Shown: positions 37,155 to 46,411 of the stretch, piece by piece
Layout: every line of letters starts with the position of its first letter
How positions within the stretch are numbered: position 1 is the first letter of the stretch
Origin: Thermoanaerobaculia bacterium
GTDB taxonomy: Bacteria > Acidobacteriota > Thermoanaerobaculia > Multivoradales > Multivoraceae
Assembly: GCA_963666565.1 (NCBI GenBank)
Contig: OY762911.1
Coordinates: 4,480,001-4,544,000, forward strand
Direction: 5' to 3'
DNA: 64,000 nucleotides
The notes under the pieces: model-generated
Seen by the model: only the letters and a program-made list of their open reading frames with translations
Database searches by the model: none
What the model was told of the DNA's origin: nothing
Position numbers and translations under genes: made by a program

Positions 37155-38392
37155 GGCTGGCGGAAACGCACCCAGCGGCCGTGGCGCAGCCGCTCTTCCG
37201 GCGGCACGAGCCCCAGCCAGCGCGCGAACCGCCGCCGGTCGGCGAAGCGCGAGACCTCCGCCAGGCGCACATCCACCGGCAGGAACCGCAGGGCCGCCAG
37301 TGCGGCCAGGGCCGCCTCGTCCGGCCCGGCCGCCTCGGCGGCGAACCGCAGCAGGAGTCTCCGCTCCAGCCGCTCGAACTCGGCCTCCAGTTGGTGCTCC
37401 ACGCGGAGCGCGGCGCCGCACGATGCGGTCGCCGCGCGCCGGAGCGGCTCGTACCGGGGTTCCACGTAGAAGTCGAAGCTGCTCGCGGAGAGTCCCCGAA
37501 GACGGCTGATCTCCCCCGCCGGCGGCGCCATCTTGACTCCGGGCGTCAGCGCCTTCCACTGCTCGAAGCTGACCGGCCGCGGTGCGCCGTAGTCCGGCTC
37601 GGGCGTCGGCACGTGAAGCGCCATCGCGACCACGATCCAGCCGCCCGCGGCCAACCCCGCCTCCAGGTCGCCCGCGGCGCGGACGCCCGTATCGTCCACG
37701 GCAGGAAACCCGTCGCTCAGCCAGAAGAGGAAGCAGGGCGGATCGGCGCAGCCCCGAGCGGTCGCAGCCGGCCCTGAAGACCGTTCGGCGGTACGCGCTT
37801 CCTTCGAGACGGCCTGCAGTCTCCCGCGTCCCGAGGTCTCCGCGAGCAGCCGATCCGCCGAGGCGCGCACCACCTCGCGATAGGACTCGAGCCCGGGCGG
37901 TCGGCTCCCGGACTCGAAGTAGGCATCGCGGCCGAGGTCCTCGCCGGCGATCTCATTCAGCGCGGTCTCGACGGCCCGCGTCTGCGTCGACGCGGCCAAC
38001 CGCCGCTCCACGCCGCCGGGGGCGCCGTCGTCCACCACGATCCCGACCGGCCCCAGCGCCGTCAACCGCGGCGCGTGCCGCGCCAGCGCCTCGACGCCCA
38101 GACGCACCGTCTCCGGCTTCGCCAGCACCGCGTCGACGTAGACGAGCACCGGACGCGGGTTCGCCTTCAGGTCGAGCGCCGACACGCCGGTCACGCCGCG
38201 ACGTTCGCCGGCGACCTCCACCACGAAGTCGCCGGGCTCGAAGTCCGACGGCCTGATCCTGCCCAGCCGGGGCAGTTCGATCGCGACCGACGCCTCGGCC
38301 ACGTCGACCGCGTCGGTGAACGTCCGGTCCGCCGGCGGCTGGGCCGGCAAGACCGCGGCAAACAGGACGAGCAAGGAGGACACGACCTTCAT
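37136..38392 (-). CDS. Secreted hypothetical protein (VWA-like)
   Basis: Signal peptide; FTDAVDV, VLVYVD, WLSDGF; stop codon lies inside a REP unit. Confidence 0.6.
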   Translation of the reverse strand: MKVVSSLLVLFAAVLPAQPPADRTFTDAVDVAEASVAIELPRLGRIRPSDFEPGDFVVEVAGERRGVTGVSALDLKANPRPVLVYVDAVLAKPETVRLGVEALARHAPRLTALGPVGIVVDDGAPGGVERRLAASTQTRAVETALNEIAGEDLGRDAYFESGSRPPGLESYREVVRASADRLLAETSGRGRLQAVSKEARTAERSSGPAATARGCADPPCFLFWLSDGFPAVDDTGVRAAGDLEAGLAAGGWIVVAMALHVPTPEPDYGAPRPVSFEQWKALTPGVKMAPPAGEISRLRGLSASSFDFYVEPRYEPLRRAATASCGAALRVEHQLEAEFERLERRLLLRFAAEAAGPDEAALAALAALRFLPVDVRLAEVSRFADRRRFARWLGLVPPEERLRHGRWVRFRQPGARVF

Positions 38393-38570
38393 GGTCTCGC
38401 CAGAGTACCGAGGCAAGGACTCCAGGAGACAAGGGGCAGGAGCACCGACGCACGACGAGTTCCGGGGCTATAGTCCCAACGATGCGGGCCGCGGGCCGGC
38501 CGATCCTCCGGGTCGCCGGGCCGGCCGCGACCCGGACCGGGCCGATGATCGAAGAAGGAGACACCTTCGA

Positions 38571-39809
38571 ATGGCGCACCACACCACGCGACGCGCATTC
38601 CTGGGCGCCGTCGGGGCGGCCGGCGGCGCCACCCTCGCCTGCGGTTCAGGCGTGACCGTCGGCGCCGCGGCGCCCGCCGCAAGCCACGAGCCGATTCCGC
38701 TGGACGCGCCGCTCCCGGTGGAGGACGTGCCGACGCCGGCGCTCCTCATCGACGTCGCGAAGATGGAACTGAATCTGGCGAAGATGGCCGCCCACGCGGA
38801 GGAGCGGAGCATCGGCCTGCGTCCCCACACGAAAACCCACAAGTGCCCGCTGCTGGCGAAGCGGCAGATCGAACTCGGCGCGGTCGGCGTCTGCTGCGCC
38901 AAGGTCGGCGAGGCGGAAGTCATGGTGGAGGCCGGAATCGGCGAAGTCCTGATCACGTCGCCGGTCGTCACCGACGACAAGATCGGCCGGGTCGTCGCTC
39001 TCTCCAGGCGAAGCCCCGAAGTCGCCCTGGTGGTCGATAATCTGCCCGCCGCCGAGCGGTTGAACGAAGCGGCCGCCGCGGCAGGGGCCACGCAGCGGGT
39101 GCTGGTCGACCTGGACGTCGGCACCCGGCGCACCGGCATCGCCACCGGCGAACCGGCGCTCGAGCTGGCGCGGGCCATCGACGGCCTGCCCAACCTCGAC
39201 CTGCGCGGCCTCCAGGCTTACGCCGGGCACCTGATGCACGTCCACGGCCACGCCGAGCGGCAGGCCCGGTCGCTCGCGGCGCTCGAAGCCGCGGTCGAGA
39301 CGAAGCGGCTGATCGAGGCAGACGGCATCCCGGTCAGCGTGCTGAGCGGCGGCGGCACCGGCACCTGGGACATCGACTCGGAGGTCGACGGGATGACCGA
39401 CCTGCAGGTCGGCTCCTACCTGTTCATGGACGAGCAGTACCTGCGGATCGGCGGTCGCAACGGGGATGTCTTCGACGACTTCGAGACCTCGCTCTTCGTC
39501 CAGGTGACGGCGATCAGCCAGCCCGTGCCGGAGCTGATCACGACGGACGGCGGCTACAAGGCGTTCGCCTCGGACGCCGACCGTCCCCAGCTCGCCGACG
39601 TCGGCGGCGTGGTCTACGGCTGGGGCGGCGACGAGCACGGCATCCTGCGGATCGCCGACGCGACCAGGCCGGTCCGGCTCGGCGACCGGCTCCGCTGCGT
39701 CACGCCCCACTGCGATCCGACGGTCAACCTCTACGACGTGTACTACCCGGTGCGGGACGGCCGGGTCGAGGAACTGTGGCCGATCGGCGCCCGGGGCAAG
39801 TCGCAGTAG
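38571..39809 (+). CDS. DSD1 / D-threonine aldolase family PLP enzyme with Tat signal
   Basis: TRRAFLG; TPALLID, LRPHTKTHK, SGGGTGT, HCDPTVNLYD. Confidence 0.88.
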   Translation: MAHHTTRRAFLGAVGAAGGATLACGSGVTVGAAAPAASHEPIPLDAPLPVEDVPTPALLIDVAKMELNLAKMAAHAEERSIGLRPHTKTHKCPLLAKRQIELGAVGVCCAKVGEAEVMVEAGIGEVLITSPVVTDDKIGRVVALSRRSPEVALVVDNLPAAERLNEAAAAAGATQRVLVDLDVGTRRTGIATGEPALELARAIDGLPNLDLRGLQAYAGHLMHVHGHAERQARSLAALEAAVETKRLIEADGIPVSVLSGGGTGTWDIDSEVDGMTDLQVGSYLFMDEQYLRIGGRNGDVFDDFETSLFVQVTAISQPVPELITTDGGYKAFASDADRPQLADVGGVVYGWGGDEHGILRIADATRPVRLGDRLRCVTPHCDPTVNLYDVYYPVRDGRVEELWPIGARGKSQ

Positions 39810-39927
39810 CGCCGATGCCGGCGCCGGCCCCGTTCATGCCGAGCGGCCACGGCGCCGACCACCCAGCCGCCGTGGCGGCCAGCACGCACCGGCGGCGCCC
39901 TCTCGGCGTCCTCCCGGATCCGAGCCG

Positions 39928-40491
39928 GTGACCGGGCGAGGCACGCCGCCGCCAGCGACGGTGTTTCGCCGGCCGATCGTGGGCGTGATGGGCTCGGGCG
40001 CGGAGAGTCACGAGGACCTGGCGGCGCCGCTCGGCCGCGCGGTCGCCGAGGCCGGCTGGCACCTGCTGACTGGCGGCGGCCGCGGCACGATGACGGCAGT
40101 GAGCCGCGCCTTTGCCGAGACGGATGGACGCCAGGGCCTGTGCCTGGGAATCGTCCCGCGCGAGCAGGACGGCGACGGCTCGCCGGACGGCTACCCGAAC
40201 CCGTGGGTCGAGGTCGTCGTCCGCACCCACCTGCCGCTGTCGGGAGCGTCCGGGACCGGCCCGTTCTCGCGCAACCACATCAACGTCCTCTCGGCCGACG
40301 CGGTGGTCGCGCTGCCCGGAAGCGCCGGCACCTGGAGCGAGATCGAACTGGCGCTCCGCTACGGCCGGCCGCTCGCTGTCTTCGACCGTCCGCCGGGCGA
40401 CAGCGAGCAGGCAACCCGCGCCGCCGCGGCCGGCGCTGCGGTCGTCACGGACCTCGAAGAACTGCTCGACTGGCTCCGCGGGACGCTCTGA
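39928..40491 (+). CDS. LOG/SLOG family (MoCo carrier-like) protein
   Basis: VGVMGSG, LLTGGG, SRNHINVLS, PGSAGTWSE. Confidence 0.8.
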   Translation: MTGRGTPPPATVFRRPIVGVMGSGAESHEDLAAPLGRAVAEAGWHLLTGGGRGTMTAVSRAFAETDGRQGLCLGIVPREQDGDGSPDGYPNPWVEVVVRTHLPLSGASGTGPFSRNHINVLSADAVVALPGSAGTWSEIELALRYGRPLAVFDRPPGDSEQATRAAAAGAAVVTDLEELLDWLRGTL

Positions 40492-40581
40492 GGCGTCATC
40501 CGCCGCGGGCGACTCGGCCATCCGGCCTGCACCCCTCACTCCGGCGCGCGGCCTGCCGTCAGCGGTTACCATCCGCACTCC

Positions 40582-41460
40582 ATGAACGGCGCCGTCCAGG
40601 AGATGATCGACCTGCTGCAGATGGAGCAGATCGAGGAGAACCTGTTCCGCGCGCAGAACGGCCCCGGCAACCACGTCTTCGGCGGCCAGGTGCTGGGACA
40701 GGCCATCGTCGCCGCCTCGAAGACGGTCGAGAACCGGCATCTTCACTCCATCCACGCCTACTTCCTGCGCCGCGGCGACCCGAAGCGGCCGATCCTCTTC
40801 GACGTGGACCGCATCCGCGACGGGAGGAGCTTCACGACGCGCCGGGTCGTCGGCATTCAGCACGGCCGGGCCATCTTCAACATGTCCTCGTCCTTCCAGG
40901 TCGAGGAAGGCGGCCTGGAACACCAGTCCGGCATGCCCGACGTGCCGCCGCCCGACGATCTGCCCTCCGACGGGGACATCTACCGCAAGATGGCGAAGGA
41001 CGACCCGTCCTACCGGCGCTTCGCCCACCGCTTCGAGGCGATCGACAGCCGCCAGGTCGAGGGCATCCAGATGCTGCCGCGCGGCGACCGCCCGGCCACC
41101 GAACCGCGCAAGAACACCTGGCTCCGCTGCCGGGAACGGCTGCCCGACGACCGCACCGTCCACCTCTCCTTCCTCGCCTACATGTCGGACCTCGACTTCA
41201 TGGCCGTCTCCATGCAGCCGCACGGCCCGTCGATGAAGGGCTACCGGATCCAGGGCGCCAGCCTCGACCACGCGCTCTGGTTTCACCGCCCCTTCCGCGC
41301 CGACGAGTGGCTCCTGTTCAGCAAGGAGAGCCCGACCGCCGCCGGCGCCCGCGGCTTCGTCCGCGGCCACGTCTTCAACCGGCAGGGCGAACTCGTCGCG
41401 TCGGCGAACCAGGAGTGCCTCATCCGCCTGCGGGAGCGAGAGCACAGCGTCGCGGGCTGA
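40582..41460 (+). CDS. tesB: Acyl-CoA thioesterase II
   Basis: VFGGQVLGQA, HSIHAYFLR, RDGRSF, ASLDHALWFH. Confidence 0.92.
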   Translation: MNGAVQEMIDLLQMEQIEENLFRAQNGPGNHVFGGQVLGQAIVAASKTVENRHLHSIHAYFLRRGDPKRPILFDVDRIRDGRSFTTRRVVGIQHGRAIFNMSSSFQVEEGGLEHQSGMPDVPPPDDLPSDGDIYRKMAKDDPSYRRFAHRFEAIDSRQVEGIQMLPRGDRPATEPRKNTWLRCRERLPDDRTVHLSFLAYMSDLDFMAVSMQPHGPSMKGYRIQGASLDHALWFHRPFRADEWLLFSKESPTAAGARGFVRGHVFNRQGELVASANQECLIRLREREHSVAG

Positions 41461-41461
41461 G

Positions 41462-41527
41462 GACTACCCCGACTACCCCGGTCTACTACCCCGACTACCC
41501 CGGTTCACTACCCCGACTACCCCGACT
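41462..41527. repeat. Short tandem repeat of ACTACCCCG
   Basis: Six 9-mer units plus a partial one, with two 5-nt interruptions, right after the tesB stop. Confidence 0.8.
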
Positions 41528-41589
41528 TTCGTCCCGCCTCGCCGACCGGGCTCGCTATGATCCGCGCTCCACGCGCTTCCCGGACTGCC

Positions 41590-43050
41590 ATGACAGATCG
41601 CACACGTCGCTCCGGCGACGCCCTTCTCGCCGAACTCGGCACCGCCCTCGGGGACGACGTCGTCCTCACGGGCGGCGACGTTTCGGCGCGGGCCGGCGAC
41701 GGTTCCGGGACCGTGCCGTGCGCGGCCCGCGCCGTGCTGCGGCCGCGGACGACGGAGCAGCTCTCGGCCGCCCTCGCGGCCTGCCACCGCTTCGGCCAGC
41801 CGGTGATCCCCCAGGGCGGGCTGACCGGGCTGGTCGGCGGCGGCGTCGCCGGCGACCTGGAGGTCGCGATCACGCTGGAGCGGATGAACGCGATCGAGGA
41901 GATCGATCCGGTCGGTCGGACGATGACGGTGCAGGCCGGGGCCGTGCTGCAGAAGATCCAGGAAGCGGCCGAGGCCGAGGACCTGCTCTTCCCGCTCGAC
42001 CTGGGCGCCCGCGGAACCTGCACGATCGGCGGCAACGTGGCGACGAACGCAGGCGGCAACCGGACGATCCGCTACGGCATGACCCGGGACTCCGTGCTCG
42101 GCATCGAAGCCGTGCTCGCCGACGGCACGGTGCTCTCCAGCCTGAACAAGATGGTCAAGAACAACGCCGGCTACGACCTGAAGCACCTGTTCGTCGGCTC
42201 CGAGGGCACGCTCGGGATCGTCACCCGCGTCGTGCTGCGGCTGGAGCGGCGGCCCCGCAGCCACGACTGCGCCCTGCTGGCGGTCCCGGGCTTCACCGAA
42301 GTGGTCGAGCTGCTGCGCCGGCTGGAAGAGGAGATCGGCGGCTCGATGAGCGCCTTCGAGGTCATGTGGCGCGAGTTCTACGAGCTCGTCACCGGCCCGA
42401 AGGCGAGGACGGCGCCGCCGATTCCGCACGGCGACCCCTACTACGTGCTGGTCGAGTCGCTGGGCGCCCGCCCCGAGCAGGACGCGGCGCAGTTCGAGGA
42501 GACGCTCGGCGAGTGCATGGAAGCCGGCCTGATCGGCGACGCGGTGCTCGGCCGGTCCAGAGCCGAGCGCGACGAGATCTGGGCGCTGCGCGACGACGTC
42601 GAGCAGCTCAACCACCTGGCGCCGATCTTCACCTTCGACGTCAGCCTGCGCATCGCCGACATGGAGAGCTACGTCGGCGGCGTCAAGACCGCCCTGACGG
42701 AACGCTGGCCGGAGAGCCGGTGCGTCGTCTTCGGCCACCTCGGCGACGGCAACCTGCACGTGGTCGTCGGCGTCGGCGATGGCTCGCCGCAAGCGCGCAG
42801 CGCGGTCGAGGAGATCGTCTACGGCCGACTCGAGCTGATCGGCGGCTCGGTTTCGGCGGAGCACGGGATCGGCTTCGAGAAGCGGGCCCATCTCGGGCGC
42901 AGCCGGACGCCGGCGGAGATCGAGTTGATGAAGACGCTCAAGCGCACGCTCGACCCGAAGGGCATTCTGAGCCCAGGCCGCGTGTTCGAGGCGGAAGGCG
43001 CGCCAGAGACGGGCGCTCACGCCGGCGCCAGCGTCCGGCTGCCGGCCTAG
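41590..43050 (+). CDS. FAD-binding oxidoreductase (D-2-hydroxyacid dehydrogenase family)
   Basis: PQGGLTGL, IGGNVATNAGG, GSEGTLG, FGHLGDGNLH, SAEHGIG. Confidence 0.9.
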   Translation: MTDRTRRSGDALLAELGTALGDDVVLTGGDVSARAGDGSGTVPCAARAVLRPRTTEQLSAALAACHRFGQPVIPQGGLTGLVGGGVAGDLEVAITLERMNAIEEIDPVGRTMTVQAGAVLQKIQEAAEAEDLLFPLDLGARGTCTIGGNVATNAGGNRTIRYGMTRDSVLGIEAVLADGTVLSSLNKMVKNNAGYDLKHLFVGSEGTLGIVTRVVLRLERRPRSHDCALLAVPGFTEVVELLRRLEEEIGGSMSAFEVMWREFYELVTGPKARTAPPIPHGDPYYVLVESLGARPEQDAAQFEETLGECMEAGLIGDAVLGRSRAERDEIWALRDDVEQLNHLAPIFTFDVSLRIADMESYVGGVKTALTERWPESRCVVFGHLGDGNLHVVVGVGDGSPQARSAVEEIVYGRLELIGGSVSAEHGIGFEKRAHLGRSRTPAEIELMKTLKRTLDPKGILSPGRVFEAEGAPETGAHAGASVRLPA

Positions 43051-43154
43051 GAGCTTGCGCCGCAGACGCTGCGAAGCGGCGTCGGACGCACTCGCCCGTC
43101 TTGGGTCAGGAGGTGTCGGCGCCCAGGTGACGCCAGGTTCGACCGGCAGGGACG

Positions 43155-44189
43155 TCAGGCGTACTCGGGGGCCAGTTCGTCCCGCAGGCGCTCGAGCAGT
43201 TCCTTCGTCTTCACGATTCCCTCTTCGGCGGCTATCCGGCCCTCGAACTCGATGCCGACCCAGCCGCGGTAGCCGGCGTCGAGGACGATCCGCATCATCT
43301 CCCGGTAGTCGATCGTCGTCTCGTCGCCGTTCTCGTCGAAGGCGTAGCTCTTGGCGCTGACGGCCTTCGCGAAGGGCATCAGGTCGGTGACGCCCTGGTA
43401 GCGGTCGTACCACTCCTCCGGCTCCTCGGAGACGCGGAAGTTGCCGAAGTCCGGCAGGGAACCGATCCGCGGATGCTCGACCATCGCCAGCGTGCCGGCC
43501 AGCCACTCGCCGTTGCTCGATATGCCGCCGTGGTTCTCGACCAGGACGTCGACGCCGTAGCCGTCGGCGTACTCGCACAACTGGCGAAGCCCGTCCGCGG
43601 CCAGCTTCTGCTGCTCCTCGAACGAGCCCGCGCTCGCCGCGTTCACGCGGATCGAGCGGCAGCCGAGGAAGGCCGCCGCCTCGACCCACTTGTGGTGGTT
43701 CTCGACCGTCTGAGCGCGCTCCGCCGCGTCCGGCGCGCCGATCGATCCCTCCGCGTCGCACATGATGAGCAGGCTCGTCACGCCCTCCCCGTCGCAGCGC
43801 GACTTGAGCTCGGCCAGGTACTCCTCGTCGCGGGCGCGGTCGAAGAAGAATGTGTTCACGTACTCGACCGCCTCGATGCCGAGGCCGCGGGCGCGGGCCG
43901 GGAAGTCGAGGTGGTCCAGTTCGCCCCGGTAGAGGGAGCGAGGGTCGCTCTGGAGAACGTCGCCGAACGAGCCGTCGGCCAACGCGCTCAACGACGGTCC
44001 GAACAGCTCCCGGAAGTACGACCACTCGGCCAGGGAGATGCGGTAGAGGGGCTCGGCGGCCGGCGACGCGGCAGCCGCGTCCTCGCCTTCAGGGGCAGGG
44101 CCGCCATCCATGCAGCCGGCCGCGGCAGCGGCGCCCAGCACGGCGCCCGTCTTGAGGAGATGCCTGCGGTCGATCTTCGCGTTGTACAT
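43155..44189 (-). CDS. Sugar phosphate isomerase/epimerase (TIM barrel) with Tat signal
   Basis: DRRHLLK; ISLAEWS, VENHGG, LPDFGNF, VSAKS, GIEFEG. Confidence 0.85.
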   Translation of the reverse strand: MYNAKIDRRHLLKTGAVLGAAAAAGCMDGGPAPEGEDAAAASPAAEPLYRISLAEWSYFRELFGPSLSALADGSFGDVLQSDPRSLYRGELDHLDFPARARGLGIEAVEYVNTFFFDRARDEEYLAELKSRCDGEGVTSLLIMCDAEGSIGAPDAAERAQTVENHHKWVEAAAFLGCRSIRVNAASAGSFEEQQKLAADGLRQLCEYADGYGVDVLVENHGGISSNGEWLAGTLAMVEHPRIGSLPDFGNFRVSEEPEEWYDRYQGVTDLMPFAKAVSAKSYAFDENGDETTIDYREMMRIVLDAGYRGWVGIEFEGRIAAEEGIVKTKELLERLRDELAPEYA

Positions 44190-44271
44190 GGCCGGAGAGT
44201 GTAGCGCCCCCCTGTCGTCACCGCTCGGCGGCGCGGGTCGCCCCGCGCCGGCCGGATGACCGGCGCACCGA

Positions 44272-44399
44272 CAGTTCGTGTGGACGTGCAGGTCGCCGAA
44301 CAAGGCCTGGCGGTCGGCGGGGGCGCCGGTTCCCTGCACGGACGCGTCGGCGGCGGTCGGAGCAGGTCCAGACGGTGTCGTGACCGGCGAAACCTCCAC
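44272..44399 (-). pseudogene. N-terminal remnant of a DUF3604 gene
   Basis: Encodes RQALFGDLHVHT, the DUF3604 N-terminal motif, then loses similarity. Confidence 0.55.
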
Positions 44400-44442
44400 G
44401 CTTCATCTCCGTAGTCCTGAGGCAGGAGGAGTACAACTCGAA

Positions 44443-44721
44443 ATGGAAGTCCTTGCCATCCTGACTCTCGGCGCCATCGCCCTCGGGCTGCTCGCCGTCT
44501 TCGCCGCCGTCGCCTTCGTCGCGAAGGTCGCGTTCAACATCGTCCTTCTGCCGTTCAAGGTCATCGGCTTCATCGCCGCCACGCTGCTGGCCGCCATCCT
44601 GATCCCGATCGCGATCGTCGCGCTGCCCGTGGCCCTTGCCGTCGGCGTGGTGATGCTTGTCGTCGGCGGACTGGTCGCGGCCATCTGCGCCGGATTCGGC
44701 CTGCTGGCCGCCGTCTTCTAG
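44443..44721 (+). CDS. Small hydrophobic membrane protein
   Basis: AGGAGGAG RBS; 92 aa, almost entirely hydrophobic. Confidence 0.7.
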   Translation: MEVLAILTLGAIALGLLAVFAAVAFVAKVAFNIVLLPFKVIGFIAATLLAAILIPIAIVALPVALAVGVVMLVVGGLVAAICAGFGLLAAVF

Positions 44722-44809
44722 GGGAGACGGCCTACGGCCGGCGCGACTTCCTGGCCGCCTTCGGCGGCAGCGGGTCAGAGGACCCGCGCACCGACAATGC
44801 GTCGTTCGG

Positions 44810-45004
44810 CCGACGCCGTTCAGCCAGTCCGGGCGCCTGTGGGACGGCTCCCGGCGGACTCGAAGCGAGCGACGCTCGACGCCAGTTCAACTACCGACGC
44901 CGAGCCGGAGCGAGCGGAGTGGAGTGAGCGCCGTCCTTACGTCCTCCTCCGAAGCGCGAACGGCCGCCGGGAGCCGTCCCACAGGCGCCCGGACTGGCGG
45001 ATGC
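44810..45004. repeat. ~196-bp long-stem element, copy C
   Basis: Perfect 35-bp arms 44823-44857 and 44964-44998; 106-nt conserved loop. Confidence 0.85.
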
Positions 45005-45016
45005 AGCCGCTTCCAG

Positions 45017-46411
45017 TCAGCGGACCAGGTGCCACTCGGTCTGGCGGCCGGCCAGGTAGAGCACCTGCTCGCCGTCGTAGACGGCGCTCTGTTCCAGCTT
45101 GATCTGGACGTCCTGGCCGCCCCACATCTCGAGCTCGACCTTCACGTTGCCTTCGATCGCGTAGCCGGTGTCGGGGTAGAGCGGCCAGTCGCCCCGGATC
45201 GGCGTCGGTCCCTGGTTGTCCCACATGCCGATGGTGGGTCCCGGGGCGTGGCCGAACGCGCCGAGCGGGTGCGTGTAGGTGCTGGAGCGCAGGCCCTCGT
45301 CGGTGGCGATGGAGATCGTGCCGGCCAGGATCTCGTTGCCCCTACGGCCGGTGCGGAACTCGCCGGTCAGGATGTCCTGCCAGCGGTTGCCGGCGGCCAG
45401 GGCACGCCGCAACTCCGCCGGCGCCTCGCTCTCGCCCAGGCGCAGCACGTAGCCCATCTCTTGCGTGTCGGTACACAGACCGAGGTAACAGATGCCCACG
45501 TCCGTGTGGAGGACGTCGCCGCGCTGGATGACGAAGTCGCCGCTGCCGCCGCAGAAGGGCTCGTCGGCGGCGCAGCCGCTGCCTTCGTCCGCGGCACGGC
45601 GCTGCGCGTTGACCGAGGGCAGGAACCAGATGTCGAGCCCGAGGTCCTCGAACCGTTGGGCGATAAACCAGACGACGTCGTCGGTCGTCGTCGCTCCCGG
45701 AGTGATCGTCCGCTCCGAGAACGCCTCCGCGATGACGCCGCGCGCCACGGAGACGATCCGCGGCCAGGCCTCAAGTTGCAGCGGGCTGCGCGTCTCGAGC
45801 CAGCGCACGACCAGCTCCTCGGCGCTGGTCACCCGCTCCTTGAGCTCCGGCGTCAGCACTTCGAGGAGCCGTTCGTGGAGCGCCGCCGACAGGCCGTCCG
45901 CGACGGGCCAGTGGCGCGACACGTTGACGCCGATCCGCTTCGGATCGCGCGCGGCGATCACCTCGCCCAGCCCCTGCCACTGCTCCTCCAGGTCGCCGCC
46001 CTCCCAGGCCGACTCGTAAAGCGCGTCGTACGGATAGCGGTTGACCGTCAGGAGTTCGAGGCCGCCGTTGTCCGGCCCCCGGTCGAAGAAGACGAGCATC
46101 GTCGTCCGCCGGGCGGCGAACACGGGCCGCGGCACCAGGCTGAAGAACACCGGGTCTTCGTTGTACTCCCGGTTGACGACGAGCCACATGTCGATGCCGG
46201 TCTCGCGCATCAGCTGCGGCAGGAGCTCGTTCAGCCGTTCTTCGAGCATGCGGTTGTAGGGCGCCACCCGGTCCCGATGCGGGAGCACGTGGCCGGGGCC
46301 GTCGAGTACCCGGCCCTGCTCGAAGCCGGCGCTCTGGGCGCCGGCGGGCGTCGCGGCGAGCGCGAGCAGACCGATCGCCGCAATCAGCCTGGGGACAACG
46401 AATCGCTTCAT
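45017..46411 (-). CDS. M24 family (Xaa-Pro) metallopeptidase, secreted
   Basis: REYNEDPVF, GDVLHTDVG...TDTQE, YTHPLG..GH, YAIE. Confidence 0.85.
   Translation of the reverse strand: MKRFVVPRLIAAIGLLALAATPAGAQSAGFEQGRVLDGPGHVLPHRDRVAPYNRMLEERLNELLPQLMRETGIDMWLVVNREYNEDPVFFSLVPRPVFAARRTTMLVFFDRGPDNGGLELLTVNRYPYDALYESAWEGGDLEEQWQGLGEVIAARDPKRIGVNVSRHWPVADGLSAALHERLLEVLTPELKERVTSAEELVVRWLETRSPLQLEAWPRIVSVARGVIAEAFSERTITPGATTTDDVVWFIAQRFEDLGLDIWFLPSVNAQRRAADEGSGCAADEPFCGGSGDFVIQRGDVLHTDVGICYLGLCTDTQEMGYVLRLGESEAPAELRRALAAGNRWQDILTGEFRTGRRGNEILAGTISIATDEGLRSSTYTHPLGAFGHAPGPTIGMWDNQGPTPIRGDWPLYPDTGYAIEGNVKVELEMWGGQDVQIKLEQSAVYDGEQVLYLAGRQTEWHLVR

Noticed and set aside
43155-44399. 414-aa DUF3604-epimerase fusion protein
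   Set aside because: The Tat signal follows ATG 44189 directly, so the upstream part is better read as a gene relic.
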